A stretch of DNA of 64,000 nucleotides from Macrostomum hystrix (Eukaryota; Animalia; Platyhelminthes), in NCBI GenBank assembly GCA_950097015.1, contig CATNEN010000007.1:10726001-10790000 (forward strand), written 5' to 3'. Of this stretch, positions 1 to 12,164 are shown piece by piece; the stretch's first letter is position 1, and each line of letters starts with the position of its first letter. The notes under the pieces are model-generated. The model was not told where the DNA came from, searched no databases, and saw only the letters and a list, made by a program, of their open reading frames with translations. The position numbers and the translations under genes were made by a program.

Positions 1-274
1 AGCATCGGAAGAAAGCAACGATTCTGTACATGAAGTTGTATTTACTTGGATGCTTGTTCAATTTTTAGCCCTAATTTTTCTGTTTTTTTCTGAACTTAAA
101 AGAAAAGTTAAGTTAAGTTTTCTTAACTTAAGGACAGGGCGCTGAAGTCGTGAAGGCTTGTAACTGGGCATTGAAACAAGTGCAAGTATAGGCAAATGAG
201 CAAATACTTGTAGGTTAGAGCAAAGAGGAAAATTTGTAAACTAAACAAGTAAAATAGGTCAGTTTCACCGATCA

Positions 275-2230
275 GAGCAGCTGAGCTAATGATGGAGCAG
301 CTGAGCTAATGGAGGAGCAGCTGAGCTAATGGATGGAGCAGCTGAGCTAATTATGGAGCGGCTGAGGTAATGATGGAGCAGCTGAGCTAATGGATGGAGC
401 AGCTGAGCTAATGATGGAGCAGCTGAGCTAATGGATGGAGCAGCTGAGCTAATGGATGGAGCAGCTGAGCTAATGGATGGAGCAGCTGAGCTAATGGATG
501 GAGCAGCTGAGCTAATGATGGAGCAGCTGAGCTAATGGATGGAGCAGCTGAGCTAATGGATGGAGCAGCTGAGCTAATGGATGGAGCAGCTGAGCTAATG
601 GATGGAGCAGCTGAGCTAATGGATGGAGCAGCTGAGCTAATGGATGGAGCAGCTGAGCTAATGGATGGAGCAGCTGAGCTAATGATGGAGCAGCTGAGCT
701 AATGGATGGAGCAGCTGAGCTAATGGATGGAGCAGCTGAGCTAATGGATGGAGCAGCTGAGCTAATGGAGGGAGCAGCTGTGCTAATGGATGGAGCAGCT
801 GAGCTAATTATGGAGCGGCTGAGGTAATGGATGGAGCAGCTGAGCTAATGGATGGAGCAGCTGAGCTAATGGAGGGAGCAGCTGTGCTAATGGATGGAGC
901 AGCTGAGCTAATGGATTGAGCAGCTGAGCTAATGGATGGAGCAGCTGAGCTAATGGATGGAGCAGCTGAGCTAATGGATGGAGCAGCTGAGCTAATGGAT
1001 GGAGCAGCTGAGCTAATGGATGGAGCAGCTGAGCTAATGGATGGAGCAGCTGAGCTAATGGATGGAGCAGCTGAGCTAATGGAGGGAGCAGCTGTGCTAA
1101 TGGATGGAGCAGCTGAGCTAATTATGGAGCGGCTGAGGTAATGGATGGAGCAGCTGAGCTAATGGATGGAGCAGCTGAGCTAATGGATGGAGCAGCTGTG
1201 CTAATGGATGGAGCAGCTGAGCTAATTATGGAGCGGCTGAGGTAATGGATGGAGCAGCTGAGCTAATGGATGGAGCAGCTGAGCTAATGGATGGAGCAGC
1301 TGAGCTAATGGATGGAGCAGCTGAGCTAATGGATGGAGCAGCTGAGCTAATGATGGAGCAGCTGAGCTAATGGATGGAGCAGCTGAGCTAATGGATGGAG
1401 CAGCTGAGCTAATGGATGGAGCAGCTGAGCTAATGGATGGAGCAGCTGAGCTAATGGATGGAGCAGCTGAGCTAATGGATGGAGCAGCTGAGCTAATGGA
1501 TGGAGCAGCTGAGCTAATGATGGAGCAGCTGAGCTAATGGATGGAGCAGCTGAGCTAATGGATGGAGCAGCTGAGCTAATGGATGGAGCAGCTGAGCTAA
1601 TGGAGGGAGCAGCTGTGCTAATGGATGGAGCAGCTGAGCTAATTATGGAGCGGCTGAGGTAATGGATGGAGCAGCTGAGCTAATGGATGGAGCAGCTGAG
1701 CTAATGGAGGGAGCAGCTGTGCTAATGGATGGAGCAGCTGAGCTAATGGATTGAGCAGCTGAGCTAATGGATGGAGCAGCTGAGCTAATGGATGGAGCAG
1801 CTGAGCTAATGGATGGAGCAGCTGAGCTAATGGATGGAGCAGCTGAGCTAATGGATGGAGCAGCTGAGCTAATGGATGGAGCAGCTGAGCTAATGGATGG
1901 AGCAGCTGAGCTAATGGAGGGAGCAGCTGTGCTAATGGATGGAGCAGCTGAGCTAATTATGGAGCGGCTGAGGTAATGGATGGAGCAGCTGAGCTAATGG
2001 ATGGAGCAGCTGAGCTAATGGATGGAGCAGCTGAGCTAATTATGGAGCGGCTGAGGTAATGGATGGAGCAGCTGAGCTAATGGATGGAGCAGCTGAGCTA
2101 ATGGATGGAGCAGCTGTGCTAATGGATGGAGCAGCTGAGCTAATGGATGGAGCAGCTGAGCTAATGATGGAGCAGCTGAGCTAATGATGGAGCAGCTGAG
2201 CTAATTATGGAGCGGCTGAGGTAATGGATG
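275..2230. repeat. 21-bp minisatellite (atggatggagcagctgagcta) with an 835-bp higher-order duplication
   Basis: The unit is directly visible. Identical variant blocks (and identical ORFs) recur at 932 and 1767. Confidence 0.95.
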
Positions 2231-2430
2231 GGCTACTAGCGGATGGGCTATAGGCTGAGCAGTGGGTGAAAAATTTTAACCGGCCCTGTTTCGAAAACTG
2301 TCAAACATAATGGGAAAAAGCTAATTTCTGCATCGCTCTACTAGGCAGTAGCACAGACAGTGAAAGCAGACAGAAAAGCTGCAGTTTTTCATTTCCGTTA
2401 ACTGAAGCCACTACCCGCTGTTACCCGCAG

Positions 2431-2535
2431 ACAATTCTACCCAGGTGATATCTGGCCTGTGGGACACATGCTTCCTGGCCAATGGCACCTGCGTGCACAA
2501 CTTCCAGCTGCACTCCCAGCACAGTGATGCTCACG
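2431..2535 (+). CDS. Internal exon encoding a claudin/PMP22-type first extracellular loop; its upstream TM1 exon would lie before the window
   Basis: Bounded by ttacccgcag| and |gtgagt. Encodes NSTQVISGLWDTCFLANGTCVHNF with the GLW-x2-C...C signature. The phase-1 donor is compatible with the exon at 5924. Confidence 0.75.
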
Positions 2536-5017
2536 GTGAGTTACCTGCCGCTGTTGCTACACAGCTACATAACTACTCATTTAAGCTGAGGGAGAAACTC
2601 AAAGGGAACGCCTATAATTGTATGATGAAGTGTGTTCTCAGCCTCTCAAAATCTTCAGCCTGCACTTTCTGAGCCTTCCTCCTTCAATGCTGGTGGCATT
2701 GGGTTGGGAACTTTACCCCCACTCCCAGCTCCACCCACCCCCAGTGCGACAATCGCCTGACCGGCTGCCGGCCTGAAAACTTCCGGCAGGCAGTCAAGGC
2801 GTCGGCAGCGCCTCCAGGACTGCCGCCCTCCCCGTCGCTGCCTGTCACTTTCCCCGCCACGCCCGCTTCGGGTTCCGGAGCGTCCCCACTTCAGCCGCTG
2901 CCCCCTTCCTCCCCCAATATTCCCTCCTTCAAACTCATCTTTCTCTCTCCTTTGCGTTACAGACTCTCCCTGCCCGCACTTCCACCGCCACAGCTCCGGC
3001 TGACTCCTTCTGGAAAAAATAATTTCCCACACATTGCCATCACCCTCTTCCCCTCCGCTGCGTCCTCAAACCCCCGTGCCTGCCGCGGCTCCTCGGTCGA
3101 GTCCGGCCCACCCCAGCCGCCGGTCAGTCCGCCGACCCCGCCACCCCGCACTGCGCCGTGTCCGCCGCACCTGCAGCTATTGACAGACAGGACAGGCGGA
3201 GCTGCCGATTGAGCCCGGGCGAGGAGAAAGTGCAAGGCCCGCTGGAATCGCTGAGAAGAGAAAAGGGAGCTGGGCGGCCGTCACGGCAGCTCCCAGGGAC
3301 TCGGGACAGTTGGTAGCAGAGGGGGAGAAGTTGGAAAATGGATGAGTGGGGGCGGCTGCGCGAGGGAGAGGGGCCGCAGGGACAGAAGTGGGAGGAGAGC
3401 GGGCGGAGGAGACAGGCTCACGCGCCAGAAAGAACTCACTGGAGTGGAGACGCTGAGACCCGGATGGGGGAGCCAGAGGAGGAATGGGCAATGGAGCGGT
3501 GGATGCTGAGGCCCGCTCTCTCATGCCTATTCTCCGACGCCGCGGCAGCTGCCAGGGCTCGGACAGGGCGGGTGGAGCCGGCGGGGGGAAGGAAGGGAGA
3601 AGGTCCTCCAGCTAGTTTGATCCGGTGCCTTCGATCCGCAGCTCCGTCTCCTTCTTCTGAACCCAGCCGCAGACAGCGCAGCCGGCAGAAGACATTGGGC
3701 CAGCTTTCCTGAGCGCCCATCGTCTCATCCACCCCCGAGCGCCCACACTGGCAGTTGTTCGCGGAAGAATTGACAAAGCGGAATGCGTGAAGACTGGTCT
3801 GAGGCCGCTAGGAGCTGACATCCCGCCGAGGCTTTTGGAAGATTTTCCCGTTCCCCCGCCGCGAGATCCCCCGGAAATCCCATATCCCGCCGCAAGTGGG
3901 CCGCTCCAGCAGCGCCTGGCTTACGCCGGATATTGCAAATTGAATTAGCGCGGCCTGAGCGCTGCGGCCAGGCCGCTGAGCTGGCCCACTCTGGCAAGGC
4001 AAACTTTCGCATTAACTTAATAGTCCGGCGGATGACAATCCGCAGAATGTGGGCCGCCCACAGCAAAGCAGAAATTATTCATGCTCACAGCAGCTCAAAC
4101 AGCAGGCTGAGGCCGCATGAGTAAAGATGGGAGTGTCACGGGTGAGAGCTGCTCATGGTGGGTCAGAATCAATCAGCAGAGAGCAGGCGCTCCGCGACCC
4201 CTGGCCCGCAGCCAGATGATACAAATCAAGCTTCTGCCCGGGTCGGGCTGCCCATCGCTCCGCCCCCCACCCGCCCTGTCCACCTCAGCTGGGCATGAAG
4301 CAACTGCTGCGAGGGGGAAGTGATGGGGCGCGAGGGGCAGGGAGGCTGGGCAGTGTGAGCGCCATGCAGCCTTGCATATCGGAAGGGGCAGTGGCGGCGG
4401 AATCAGGTGCGGGGCTCACCTGCCCAATGTACTTTCTCTCCTTCTCTGTCACTACTCCGACCGACCCAGCTGCAGCTTCGCGTGAGTTGAGCTCGCCGGC
4501 AGCGCTTCATCGGCTCCGCGTCTCATCCCCGGCTGGTCTCTCCTGGCGAGGTGTCGCAGGACTTCGAGGACCGGCCGGGCAGAGAGGCGCCACTGGGGAA
4601 GGCGCGAAATTGGGGTGGATGGAGAAAGCGAAGCCGGAGAGGCTCTGGGAGCTGGAAGCCGTGTGTTCCAGCCCTAACAACGGAGGATGGAGGGCCGCAT
4701 GGAGGGGCAGCAGGTAGCGGCCCAGTGGCTGGCAGCGCCGCGGCCAACCCTGGGCCCCGGGAGAGGTCGGAGGGGCGGACGGAACTCTGGGAGATCGGAC
4801 GAGGGAAAAGTCAAGACAAGGCCGACTCCTTTTCTCAGCGTGCCCCTTCCCTCTGCTTCCGTAATCCCCTGCACTCCCGACCGCCACCCAGGCGACTCCC
4901 AAAAAAACAGCAGCGATGTGGCCGCAGCTCCCGGACACGCATTCGCTGCCGCTGCCGCCGCCGCCTTTGCCGACGCTGCCATGAGCGACCGCCGGCCCAG
5001 TCGGCACCCGCCGCCGG

Positions 5018-7478
5018 ATGAAGTCGCTGAAGAATTTCCTCAGCTTCAAGGTCCCGGACAACAGTGCCTACGAGCAGCGCGTCTATACCGAGGACTTCTG
5101 CTTCCAGGAGAAGCGGCGCCTGCGCTGGCGCTGCTGCGGCGCCGGGGCCTCCGTCCTGGCTCTTATACTTTACGCCAACATGCTGCACCCCGCCTCGCAC
5201 TGGACCGCTGCCCCGTCGGGGAGCGGTGGCACCGGCGGCGGCGGCGGCGTAAGCGGAAGCCGAGGCTCCTGGTCCGGCCTGTGGGACGCCTGCTACCTGC
5301 TGGCCTTCAACAAGACGGTGCCCCACGAGCTGCAGCATGTTAGCTGCGCGCACTTTGTGCCAGGTAGCGGCCCTCCCTCCACTCATGACCACTCATGATG
5401 CATATCCTTGCAGTTCAAAGGCGCCAGCTCCGAATGACTTTATAGATTTTTCTAAGAAATGGAAATCGGCGCCCAAACTCCAACTCTCTGTCTTTCAAAC
5501 TCTCAGCGTCTCAGCGCGAGCTCTCAAACTATTTTCTCAACAACAATCTACTTTGGTTCCCTACCACGCTTTGAATAGGAGAGAACGAGTATTTTTAATA
5601 ATTATCCTTGGATTAAAAACTAAACTTACTATTAATTCATAAATAAGATTTAATTATATTTTGTTGTTGCCATTTTTATGTTGGCATCCGATCTCTTACC
5701 CAAATATAGATGTATTCCAGCTCTTTTGCTCTTCGCCAGCCCAATCTCTCACCCTAATGTACATTTCAAATCAGCCCAATCTCTCACCCTAATGTACATT
5801 TCAAATCAGCCCAATCTCTCACCCTAATGTATATTTCAAATCAGCCCAATCTCTCACCCTAATGTACATTTCTAACCCGTCAATGTACATTGCAAACCAA
5901 AATGACATCCGCACGCCCTGCAGACTGGCAAAAGGCGATCATCGGCCTGCTATTCTTCTCAGTTCTGTTCGCTGCCATCGGCTCCGTGCTGGCCGTCTGC
6001 GGCCTCTGCGCTGGCTATCTGCCGAGGAAGATGTACTATTACCACTCGGCGGGCGAGATCTTCTTTGTGTCCGGTGAGTTCCGAAGAGCTATCAATGAGC
6101 TTACGTACAATGAGAAAATTACTACTAATCTATGCATAAGATTTCGATGGCCTGTAAAAGCTAATCCGGATCAGACCAGCCACTACAAGCGAGGCTCACA
6201 CCGCAAGTGAATTTGTTGGAGCCGACGGGATTATTTTAGCTGCTGCTCTTCGGGCAGACCCGGGCTGGACCCGGGGACGCCACCTCGAAGTGGGCCGCAG
6301 CCTCACAAAAAGCGGGGAAATCTCGGATCCCGTGCTCATCTCCTTGGGGGGCGGCGGGGTGGGAAGCGGGTGATAAAATTCGGCGAGAAAGACCTCTCCA
6401 GTCTCCGCCCACTCCTAGGGACAGCATAAACAAGGCTCAGCTGGGTACCGCAGCCGAGGCTATCAGATTATGATCGGGCGCAATGGGCCCGCAGTCCTGT
6501 CTGGGGATGCACTTATAGGCCCGCCGGCCTGGCTCAGCTGGCCTTATTCAATTTCAAGCGGTCGGGAGGGGCAGGAGAGCTCAGCTCTTGCGCGGGGACG
6601 AGGCTAGCGGGCGAAACAGTGACGGCCTACGTGAAAGATAGCCAGCTGGCCAAAGGCGTGTTAAAAATTCTACTCCTTTGATGGCGCAGTGCATAGCTTT
6701 GAAGCCAAAACTGCCTTCCCGCCCGCCTGCCTGCCTTTTTCTTTGAGAAAAATATTCTGCAAAGCTCAAAAGAGCTTGTTGGGACTGCCACCCCAGGGAG
6801 TAAAATTTGCTTGACTGCTGGTAAAGTGAGACAATTCTGGGAAATTTTAAATCATTCTTTAAGCCATTATTTTCACCCACCCCACGTTTGGCCCCTCCCT
6901 ACCCTCAAATTTAACACCCACCCCACGTTTGGTCTCTCCCTACCCTCAAATTTAACACCCACCCCACGTTTGGTCTCTCCCTACCCTCAAATTTAACACC
7001 CACCCCACGTTTGGCCCCTCACTACCTTCAAATTTAAAACCCACCCCACGTTTGGCCCCACCCTACCCTCAAATTTAACACCCACCCTACGTTTGGTCTC
7101 TCCCTAACGTCCAATTTGACACCCACGCCTAGCATAGTTTGGATCATAGTGAGTCAATGAATCACTGCACACTATTTGATCTGACCTGCCTTGCCTAACC
7201 AGTCCGCCTGCCCACTGACTTTCCTGCCTGCAGCAGTGGCCACCACCATCGCTGTTGGCGTCTATCCCTACGTTGTGCAACGCTTTGTCTACCAGTCGGC
7301 CAGCTACGGCTACGGCTACGGCCTCGGCTGGGCGACGGCGGGCCTGCTCTACCTGGCCTCGCTGAGCATGATGCTGGACGACCTGGTGCGTGAGTCGGCC
7401 CGGCCTCGGCCCTGGACAGTGCTCTGCTGCTTCTGCCCGGCCGTGCGGCGCTCCGGCGACCATCCGCAGCCAGTCTGA
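5018..7478 (+). CDS. Claudin/PMP22/EMP-superfamily four-TM protein (~246 aa); exons 5018-5363, 5924-6073, 7234-7478
   Basis: TM1 (GAGASVLALILYANML), W...GLWDAC...C loop, TM2/TM3, then YGYGYGLGW before TM4. GT-AG introns keep the frame. Confidence 0.85.
5737..5900. repeat. Short intronic tandem repeat (cagcccaatctctcaccctaatgtacatttcaaat)
   Basis: About 4 visible copies. Confidence 0.85.
6875..7130. repeat. Intronic ~41-bp tandem repeat (acacccaccccacgtttgg...ctaccctcaaattta)
   Basis: About 6 visible copies. Confidence 0.85.
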
Positions 7479-8395
7479 CACTCCCCCAACCCCCTCCCAG
7501 CACGCTTCATAGAGTCACGTGACTGTGCATCTGCGAAAAGTAACACCCCTCCGCTTTCTAAGTGCCACGGAAGTGGGTGGTCCAGAGAGCACTCGCGTGC
7601 TACCGAAGCCTTTGAGCTGCCACTCAGGTCTCGCGTACCTGCCGCTTGATCGAAGCAGTTTTCAGCGTGGGGCGGCACAAATATAATCCTCTTTGCCCTC
7701 GGCTCAGTCGGCCAGCTTAACAAAAGTGCAGCGCCAACACGCTCGGGGTGCTAAAATGTACACACAATCCATGTTTTGTTGCTGCGAGTGTACGCTCGTA
7801 CAGTGACTGTACACTCAGTGCATACCGAATGTACGCAGAGCTTTGTTAATGTACAATTTGCATGCCAATTTAGCTTATGCGCATGCACACTGGGCGCCCA
7901 TGCAGAGATGCCCACTGCGGGTGTACTTTTATTTTCACGTGCGCTCAAGCTTCTCCATAAATAGAGCGGCAAATGCTAACAGTGTCTAGAATCATTTTCA
8001 CGACTCGAAAGTATTTGGCTGCCATTCAGGCGGCTGACGCACCTGCCCCATGTCTGCCTGCACCGATCCAGGTGTCTGCGATCCCCTGGCTAGTCCCACA
8101 CCAACCGCTGGTGTCATGCCTGTTAGCTTACCCGTTAGCTTACGGATGTTCCACACCCGCTTTCTCTGCTAAACTCCTATAACAGTTACTTTATTCTATT
8201 TTTTCAGTCTTTATAAGCAATTCATATTTTATTATTACAGTGCACCTGTCTATATTGGATTCTAACTGAACTAAAAATACATTTAATTGCGTTAGCGCAG
8301 ACACAGACTGGAAGTCCCGAACTTGGGTTGCTGGATTCCGTACTCGGTTAATTTCAACTCGGCTTGAGCAGTCTCAGGTGAACCTGAGCAAAAAA

Positions 8396-9660
8396 TGCAG
8401 TATAAGGATCCGATGGCTGTGGAGATAACATGCCGTATAAGGATCCGATGGCTGTGGCGATGACATGCCGTATAAGGATCCGATGGCTGTGGAGATGACA
8501 TGCAGTATAAGGATCCGATGGCTGTGGAGATGACATGCCGTATAAGGATCCGATGGCTGTGGAGATGACATGCCGTATAAGGATCCGATGGCTGTGGCGA
8601 TGACATGCCGTATAAGGATCCGATGGCTGTGGCGATGACATGCCGTATAAGGATCCGATGGCTGTGGAGATGACATGCAGTATAAGGATCCGATGGCTGT
8701 GGAGATGACATGCCGTATAAGGATCCGATGGCTGTGGAGATGACATGCCGTATAAGGATCCGATGGCTGTGGAGATGACATGCCGTATAAGGATCCGATG
8801 GCTGTGGCGATGACATGCCGTATAAGGATCCGATGGCTGTGGAGATGACATGCCGTATAAGGATCCGATGGCTGTGGAGATGACATGCCGTATAAGGATC
8901 CGATGGCTGTGGCGATGACATGCCGTATAAGGATCCGATGGCTGTGGCGATGACATGCCGTATAAGGATCCGATGGCTGTGGAGATGACATGCCGTATAA
9001 GGATCCGATGGCTGTGGAGATGACATGCCGTATAAGGATCCGATGGCTGTGGAGATGACATGCCGTATAAGGATCCGATGGCTGTGGAGATGACATGCCG
9101 TATAAGGATCCGATGGCTGTGGCGATGACATGCCGTATAAGGATCCGATGGCTGTGGCGATGACATGCCGTATAAGGATCCGATGGCTGTGGAGATGACA
9201 TGCCGTATAAGGATCCGATGGCTGTGGAGATGACATGCCGTATAAGGATCCGATGGCTGTGGAGATGACATGCAGTATAAGGATCCGATGGCTGTGGAGA
9301 TAACATGCCGTATAAGGATCCGATGGCTGTGGCGATGACATGCCGTATAAGGATCCGATGGCTGTGGAGATGACATGCCGTATAAGGATCCGATGGCTGT
9401 GGCGATGACATGCCGTATAAGGATCCGATGGCTGTGGAGATGACATGCCGTAGAAGGATCCGATGGCTGTGGAGATGACATGCCGTATAAGGATCCGATG
9501 GCTGTGGAGATGACATGCCGTATAAGGATCCGATGGCTGTGGAGATGACATGCCGTATAAGGATCCGATGGCTGTGGAGATGACACGGACATGCCGTATA
9601 AGGATCCGATGGCTGTGGAGATGACATGCTGTATAAGGATGTTATGGCTGAGGCGATGAC
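8396..9660. repeat. 35-bp minisatellite (tataaggatccgatggctgtggagatgacatgccg)
   Basis: About 35 near-identical head-to-tail units with no spacers. Confidence 0.95.
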
Positions 9661-10935
9661 ACAGACATCACAAAACTCCAAATCACAAGCAGGATATTTC
9701 CCAAGCCGCATCAGGTTTCAGCCAGGCGGGCCGGGGGGAGGGCGCCTCGGACGGCCGGGTCGGCCAGGCGTGAAATGCCAGGCACGGCAGGCCGCGATGT
9801 TGGAACTGCAGCGGCTCAGGGCAACCTGCGCCTGAGCTCATTCGGGCAGTACTCAAGTGGACTCCCGGGGGTTGGGGAGGGGCGGCCCACAGTCGCTTCC
9901 GTGTGCGGCTTGCGAGGCCTGTTGAATTATTTAGCTTCTGACAACAGATGCGCCGGCGCCTCTCCTCCCCGATGGCTGCTCGAGTTCCCGCTGAAATGGG
10001 CCAGCGGGAGGTCGCACTCGCAGTCGAGTCCCCGGAGACAGGGGCAGAGTGGGGGCTGGGGATGCCGGCACGTCCCCGCAGCGCCAATTCTTTGGCTGAT
10101 AAGTGACTCGGGATGGGGGGGCAGAAAAGCTCGAGTGGTGGCGGCGGGGGCGGGAGAGGCACGGAGACTGGCTGTGCCGCCCAGTCCGTCCCGCGGGATG
10201 TCGGCGGATCCGGCCGCCTCCGCCGCCCAAAAACTCGAGCCCTCATCCTCGCAGCGGGCAGCGCCTTCGGTTTCGGTTTTCCTGTTTTCAGCGTCCCAAG
10301 CCGCCTAATGAAATTGAACCCCCCCGGCCAACCCGCCCTCCTCCGTCAGCCCCGGCCCGACTGTCTGCTGGGCCTGCTGCATTTTGCATGACATGCGGCT
10401 GAGACTCGAAAATGAAGCGCGCACTCACACACCCACTCACACACACACTCACAGCTGCTCACTCAGCAGCAGTGTGGGAGGCAGCGGATACTGTTAGAGG
10501 AGAAGTCAAGCTGCTGCAGCAAGCAGGCGCACATTCGCTCGGGCGGGTTTCAAGGATAGGGGAGCAGCAACAGTCGTTGGATTGGCCCATCCGGGGAAGC
10601 GCTCGGGATGCTCCAAGCTGCTCTGAGTTTCTCCCTAGGCGGGCCAAGCAGCTGCTCATCTGCACAGCAGCTGGGAAGAGCCACAGGATCGAGAATGGGG
10701 ATCGATTTATCTCATGGCACTGGCAGAACTCCCCGACAGGGAATGAGTGTTGACTCTGATGATGCTGCGGGCTAGTTCTGGAGGATGCGGCGGCAGTCGA
10801 TCATTTGGGAAGCCGCTATGGAGCAGCCGCTAGGGTACGAGTACTTTGCCATTCTCAGGTACCGGACCAATATACTTTCTTTCTGAAAGCCCAGAAAGCT
10901 ATGACATGTACAAGCCTTCAACTTTGCCTTGCGAC

Positions 10936-11120
10936 TCTACGAGCTCGCTATGGTTCCAGCTTCAATTCTACGAGTTCGCTATGGTTACAGCTGCATTATA
11001 CGAGCTCGCTATGATTCCAGCTTCAATTATACGAGCTCGCTATGGTTCCAGCTTCAATTATACGAGCTCGCTATGGTTCCAGCTTCAATTATACGAGCTC
11101 GCTATGGTTACAGCTTCAAT
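10936..11120. repeat. ~31-bp tandem repeat (tacgagctcgctatggttccagcttcaatta)
   Basis: About 6 visible copies. Confidence 0.85.
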
Positions 11121-12164
11121 TCTAGTTGACTCCTGCCTCGATTCTAGAAGGGAAAAGCACATTGGCAGAGAGCTCAGAGAGCTGCAGCGACTCGGCCGTG
11201 GGTCCCTTTTGAGGGCCGCTCTTAATGAGCTGCCAGGGCCAGTTGCTCTGGGCACGACAGCGCAGGGGATGCGGATAGGCTCGAGCTGCGCTGCCTCCAG
11301 CATGCTGCTAATAAGCCCGGGAGGAGGCAGGCCCGCGGGGAGGAGACAGCTGAAGAGACCGATTTTGAGCCGCCTGCGTGAGGGGCAAATTAGGAGCCAG
11401 AGCGGGGGCTGCGGGTGGATTTAGGGGATCAGCGGACTAGCCAGCCAGCCAGGAAGGAAGAGTAGGGATTGAGCAGCAGGGATTATGAGATAAGCGGGGA
11501 TAACTGGCGGAGGCTGGGAGGCTGGGGCGGATGGGGCGCCCGTCAGGGTGCCAAAACGGGGAAGGATGGCCAAACAAACAGGCCTAGAGTCCGCCGGGAG
11601 GGAAGAGGCGAGGTCAGCTGCTGAGCCCGGGAATGCGCTCAGAGCCTAAGTGGAACGAGGGAAGGGGATATTGGGCAGTGGCTTTTTGGGATTTGCGCGA
11701 GATCGGCATTGGGGCTAAAAGTGCAAGCGGCCATGCCGGCAGGATATTTGAGGGCCTGACGTACCAGGCTTGCACCCGGCGGTCTGCTGCTGCGCGCCTT
11801 GGCGGAATGAATTGCTGGACGCCGTGATAGGCTGGGTCGGGAGCCATAAATCAAGAATAATGGGGCTGGCCAGGCCCGCAATCTGCTGCCAGATGAGCAC
11901 CACTCCACAGCGGCCTCGGCTGACCAGCTGTCAGTCAAGGGAGGATTCTGCTCAATCTCTGTTCCCGATAACTCAGTGACCGTTTACCCACCCAGCGGCC
12001 GGCCATCAGAATTAATCGCTTTGTTTCTGATCTGGTTGTGATTAATTTTTTATCTGACGTCAAGGCTGGAGCCGGACAGGCTCAGGAGCGGCTCCTGCTG
12101 CCAGGCTCGATATTTCAGGCTAAGCAGAACTGTGGGACAATCGCTCCAGTCTGTAAATGTTCGG

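Noticed and set aside
932-1976. MDGAAEL-repeat ORFs
   Set aside because: Translations of a minisatellite.
2655-5000. Numerous overlapping GC-rich ORFs, including 4687-5343
   Set aside because: No recognisable domains; expected by chance at high GC. Probably intron, promoter or 5' leader of the claudin-like gene.
8292-9711. Three 400+ aa minus-strand ORFs
   Set aside because: Artefact of a stop-free 35-bp unit cycling through all frames; no domain or splice context.
9680-12100. ORFs of 100-190 aa in the GC-rich intergenic region
   Set aside because: No motifs or coherent exon chain found.
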